In this document: positions 62,019 through 64,000 of the stretch, in pieces
Position numbering within the stretch: the stretch's first letter is position 1
Layout of the letters: the number at the start of each line of letters is the position of its first letter
Assembly: GCA_030603365.1 (NCBI GenBank)
Contig: JAUVXV010000015.1
Coordinates: forward strand, 40,421-104,420
Length of the DNA: 64,000 nucleotides
Direction of reading: 5' to 3'
DNA from: Candidatus Heimdallarchaeota archaeon
GTDB taxonomy: Archaea; Asgardarchaeota; Heimdallarchaeia; Heimdallarchaeales; Heimdallarchaeaceae
Translations under genes and position numbers: made by a program
Notes under the pieces: model-generated
Seen by the model: the letters and a program-made list of their open reading frames with translations, nothing else
Told to the model about the DNA's origin: nothing
Databases searched by the model: none

Positions 62019-62429
62019 ATGTTGCACACACTATTTGGCATTCTTCTCATAATTCACGGCTTAATTTTTATTATGTTTCTAGTTTATGTAAAACTGCCTG
62101 AGGAAGAGGGATTTTTTGGATGGTCTAGAAAATCATGGTTATTAGACAGATTCCTTGGCGAGAAAATAGTTAAGATTGTCGGGATGGTACTCTGGGCAAC
62201 AATTATCGTTGGTTTCGTTGTTTCTGGAATAATAATCCTCGCTAAGCATGAATCATGGAGAATTATTGACATCATCGCTTCATTTATCTCATTATTCGCT
62301 TTTATTCTCTTCTGGAAAAATTTAGAGCCTAAAAAAACATATTTCATTCTAGGTCCAATTATAGCCATAGTGAATATAATCACTCTACTGATCAATAGAT
62401 GGCCTACAGACACGATTATCTTTGGTTAG
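62019..62429 (+). CDS. Four-TM membrane protein, paralog of 51298..51720
   Basis: LLIIHGLI...GWSRKSWLL...WRII...RWP. Confidence 0.7.
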   Translation: MLHTLFGILLIIHGLIFIMFLVYVKLPEEEGFFGWSRKSWLLDRFLGEKIVKIVGMVLWATIIVGFVVSGIIILAKHESWRIIDIIASFISLFAFILFWKNLEPKKTYFILGPIIAIVNIITLLINRWPTDTIIFG

Positions 62430-62520
62430 AATAACAGAATTTTTGGAAAAAAGATTAATAATATGTACGATTCATTATTAATTACAAGAAACAATGTAAA
62501 ATAAATAGGAAAGGAAAAAA

Positions 62521-63668
62521 ATGAAAAAAATAATATCAAGTTTATTAATATCTTTCTTCTACTCTTCCTTGGGGTCTTATTTTCATCAATTAGCTCTATA
62601 ACACCTACAACAGCTGATCTTTCAACAGTAATCCCCTATGAGAATCCAACTTTACAAGTGTTAGTTGGTCATGGACCAATTGTTATAGAATATGATGATA
62701 ATTTCACAGAATTTCCAGGAACTGGTGATCCTGGAGATCCTTATAGAATAGAAAATTATAATATAACAGTAACATCTGATTATCCTATTCTTTTCAGTGG
62801 AAACAATTCAAAACACTTCGTTATACAGAATTGCTTCCTCAAAACAGATACTAATTACGGAATATACCTAGGTAAATACTATCCCATGGGAAATGGAACT
62901 GTAAATATTCTCGATAATGTCATTATTTCTGAAACGAATAATGGAATAGCATTACAAGGTGGTGCAGGCGCCATTATTACTGGAAATACCATTGAAACGG
63001 GTATGAACGGTATTAAGATAACAGATAGTGAGTTCTGTGTTGTATCTTATAATACAGTCAGTGGAGGTTATGTTGGCATTTATACGGATCGAGCTCCTAA
63101 AAGTACAATCACAAAAAATACTTGTACTAACAACGATTATGGAATAGCTGTAATAGAATCTTCAGAAACAAGTGTAAAACACAACAACTGTTCCAACAGT
63201 GCATATGTAGGTATTGAAACCCAAGATAGTATAGATTTAACAATAACTAACAACAGATGTATAAACAGTTCGTTCTTTGGTATGCGTTTTTATGATACAG
63301 CAAATTGTATCATTACAAACAATCTTCTAAAAGAAAATGATCAATATGGTATTACAATGCAAAACTCAGTTGGTGTAAGTAAAATCTATCTTAATGTGTT
63401 TTTAGACAATAATCTACTAGGTACTTCCCAAGCAGAAGATGATACGGGTAATCAGTGGTACGATGAAATTGCTCTGGAAGGGAACTGGTGGTCGACCTGG
63501 GTTAGTGGGGGTTATTCAATTGATGGTAGTGCGGGTTCAGTTGATCCCTATCCATTAAATTATATCCCTGAGATTTCAGAATATTCAAGTACTTTCTTAG
63601 CTTTCATTATGATTTTAGCATTTATAGCTATTCCTGTAATTAATTTTGTTTATAGAAAGAAGATGTAA
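62521..63668 (+). CDS. Secreted beta-helix (NosD-like) surface protein; 1-bp frameshift in the A7 run after the ATG
   Basis: Adding one A gives MKKNNIKFINIFLLLFLGVLFSSIS (signal peptide) in frame with 62658; tail IPEISEY + TM + RKK; paralog of 8475..9638. Confidence 0.8.
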
Positions 63669-63920
63669 TTCTTCTATTTTCACGTCTTTTTTTTTCTATC
63701 TAGTCTCTAAAGAGTCAATGATTCTAGCAAATAATAGATATGTAATGCATAAATTTTTGATTCCCAATCTATTCTACGTAAGACTGTAGCTCAGATAATA
63801 TGTAAAAAGGAGAAAAAGAAATTCGAAGTAACTTAACACATGCACCACGTATGGCTTAAGAACGATGACGGAGATGTCAGCTGAAAATGAAATATGAGGT
63901 TGAAGACAAGTGCTCAGGAT

Positions 63921-64000
63921 TCATTCAGCCTTTAGTCCTGTTAGTAGAACCAACTCATCCCACAACCTTTTTCCTAATACCTCGTCATTCATTGCCTTAT
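63921..64000 (-). CDS. C-terminal end of an SDR (retinol-dehydrogenase-like) gene entering from the right edge
   Basis: KAMNDEVLGKRLWDELVLLTGLKAE*, compare LAFDKKKQKELWDLSMSLTGL in 45051..45905. Confidence 0.6.
   Translation of the reverse strand, partial: KAMNDEVLGKRLWDELVLLTGLKAE

Noticed and set aside
3768-62413. Other short ORFs nested in or antisense to long genes (e.g. 3768, 14283, 17902, 31386, 36464, 42315, 55929, 62084)
   Set aside because: No motifs, and they overlap well-supported CDSs
63836-63920. GC-richer intergenic stretch as a C/D-box sRNA
   Set aside because: Only partial box motifs and no terminal CTGA; cannot be supported
1-64000. rRNA or tRNA genes
   Set aside because: No GC-rich cloverleaf or rRNA-like segments seen in any intergenic region

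Overview
AT-rich archaeal DNA, most likely an Asgard archaeon of the Heimdallarchaeia type. This is inferred from the gene content, oligo-T terminators, TATA-like promoters and many surface proteins ending in PEF-like motif + TM helix + basic tail. No rRNA, tRNA, CRISPR array, integrase or transposase was found. The window is an accessory-gene mosaic. (i) Secreted or anchored proteins: S8 subtilase, LVIVD, beta-helix and propeller-repeat proteins, 5'-nucleotidase, serine hydrolase. (ii) A ~12 kb putative defence island (13.0-25.4 kb) encoding a PHP+ABC-ATPase (Ppl-like), a PD-(D/E)XK-like nuclease, a DUF4062 protein, an NLR-like STAND NTPase with 43-aa repeats and an HD(-CE)-TPR protein. (iii) A cytoplasmic trypsin-like protease followed by a stand-alone copy of its own N-terminal domain. 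(iv) A solo tnpB with the rearranged, Fanzor-type RuvC site, bracketed by 19-bp TGT...ACA inverted repeats and a near 5-bp target duplication. (v) Redox/stress genes, an N-terminally extended eutA, a MacB/FtsX-type ABC system, a nucleotidyltransferase pair and duplicated APH-type kinases. A dispersed intergenic palindromic repeat (core GACCTTAATGCAAGG) marks several module boundaries, and there are four 3'-only gene remnants. At least two single-base homopolymer frameshifts may be assembly errors. All family calls come from motif recognition, not database searches.
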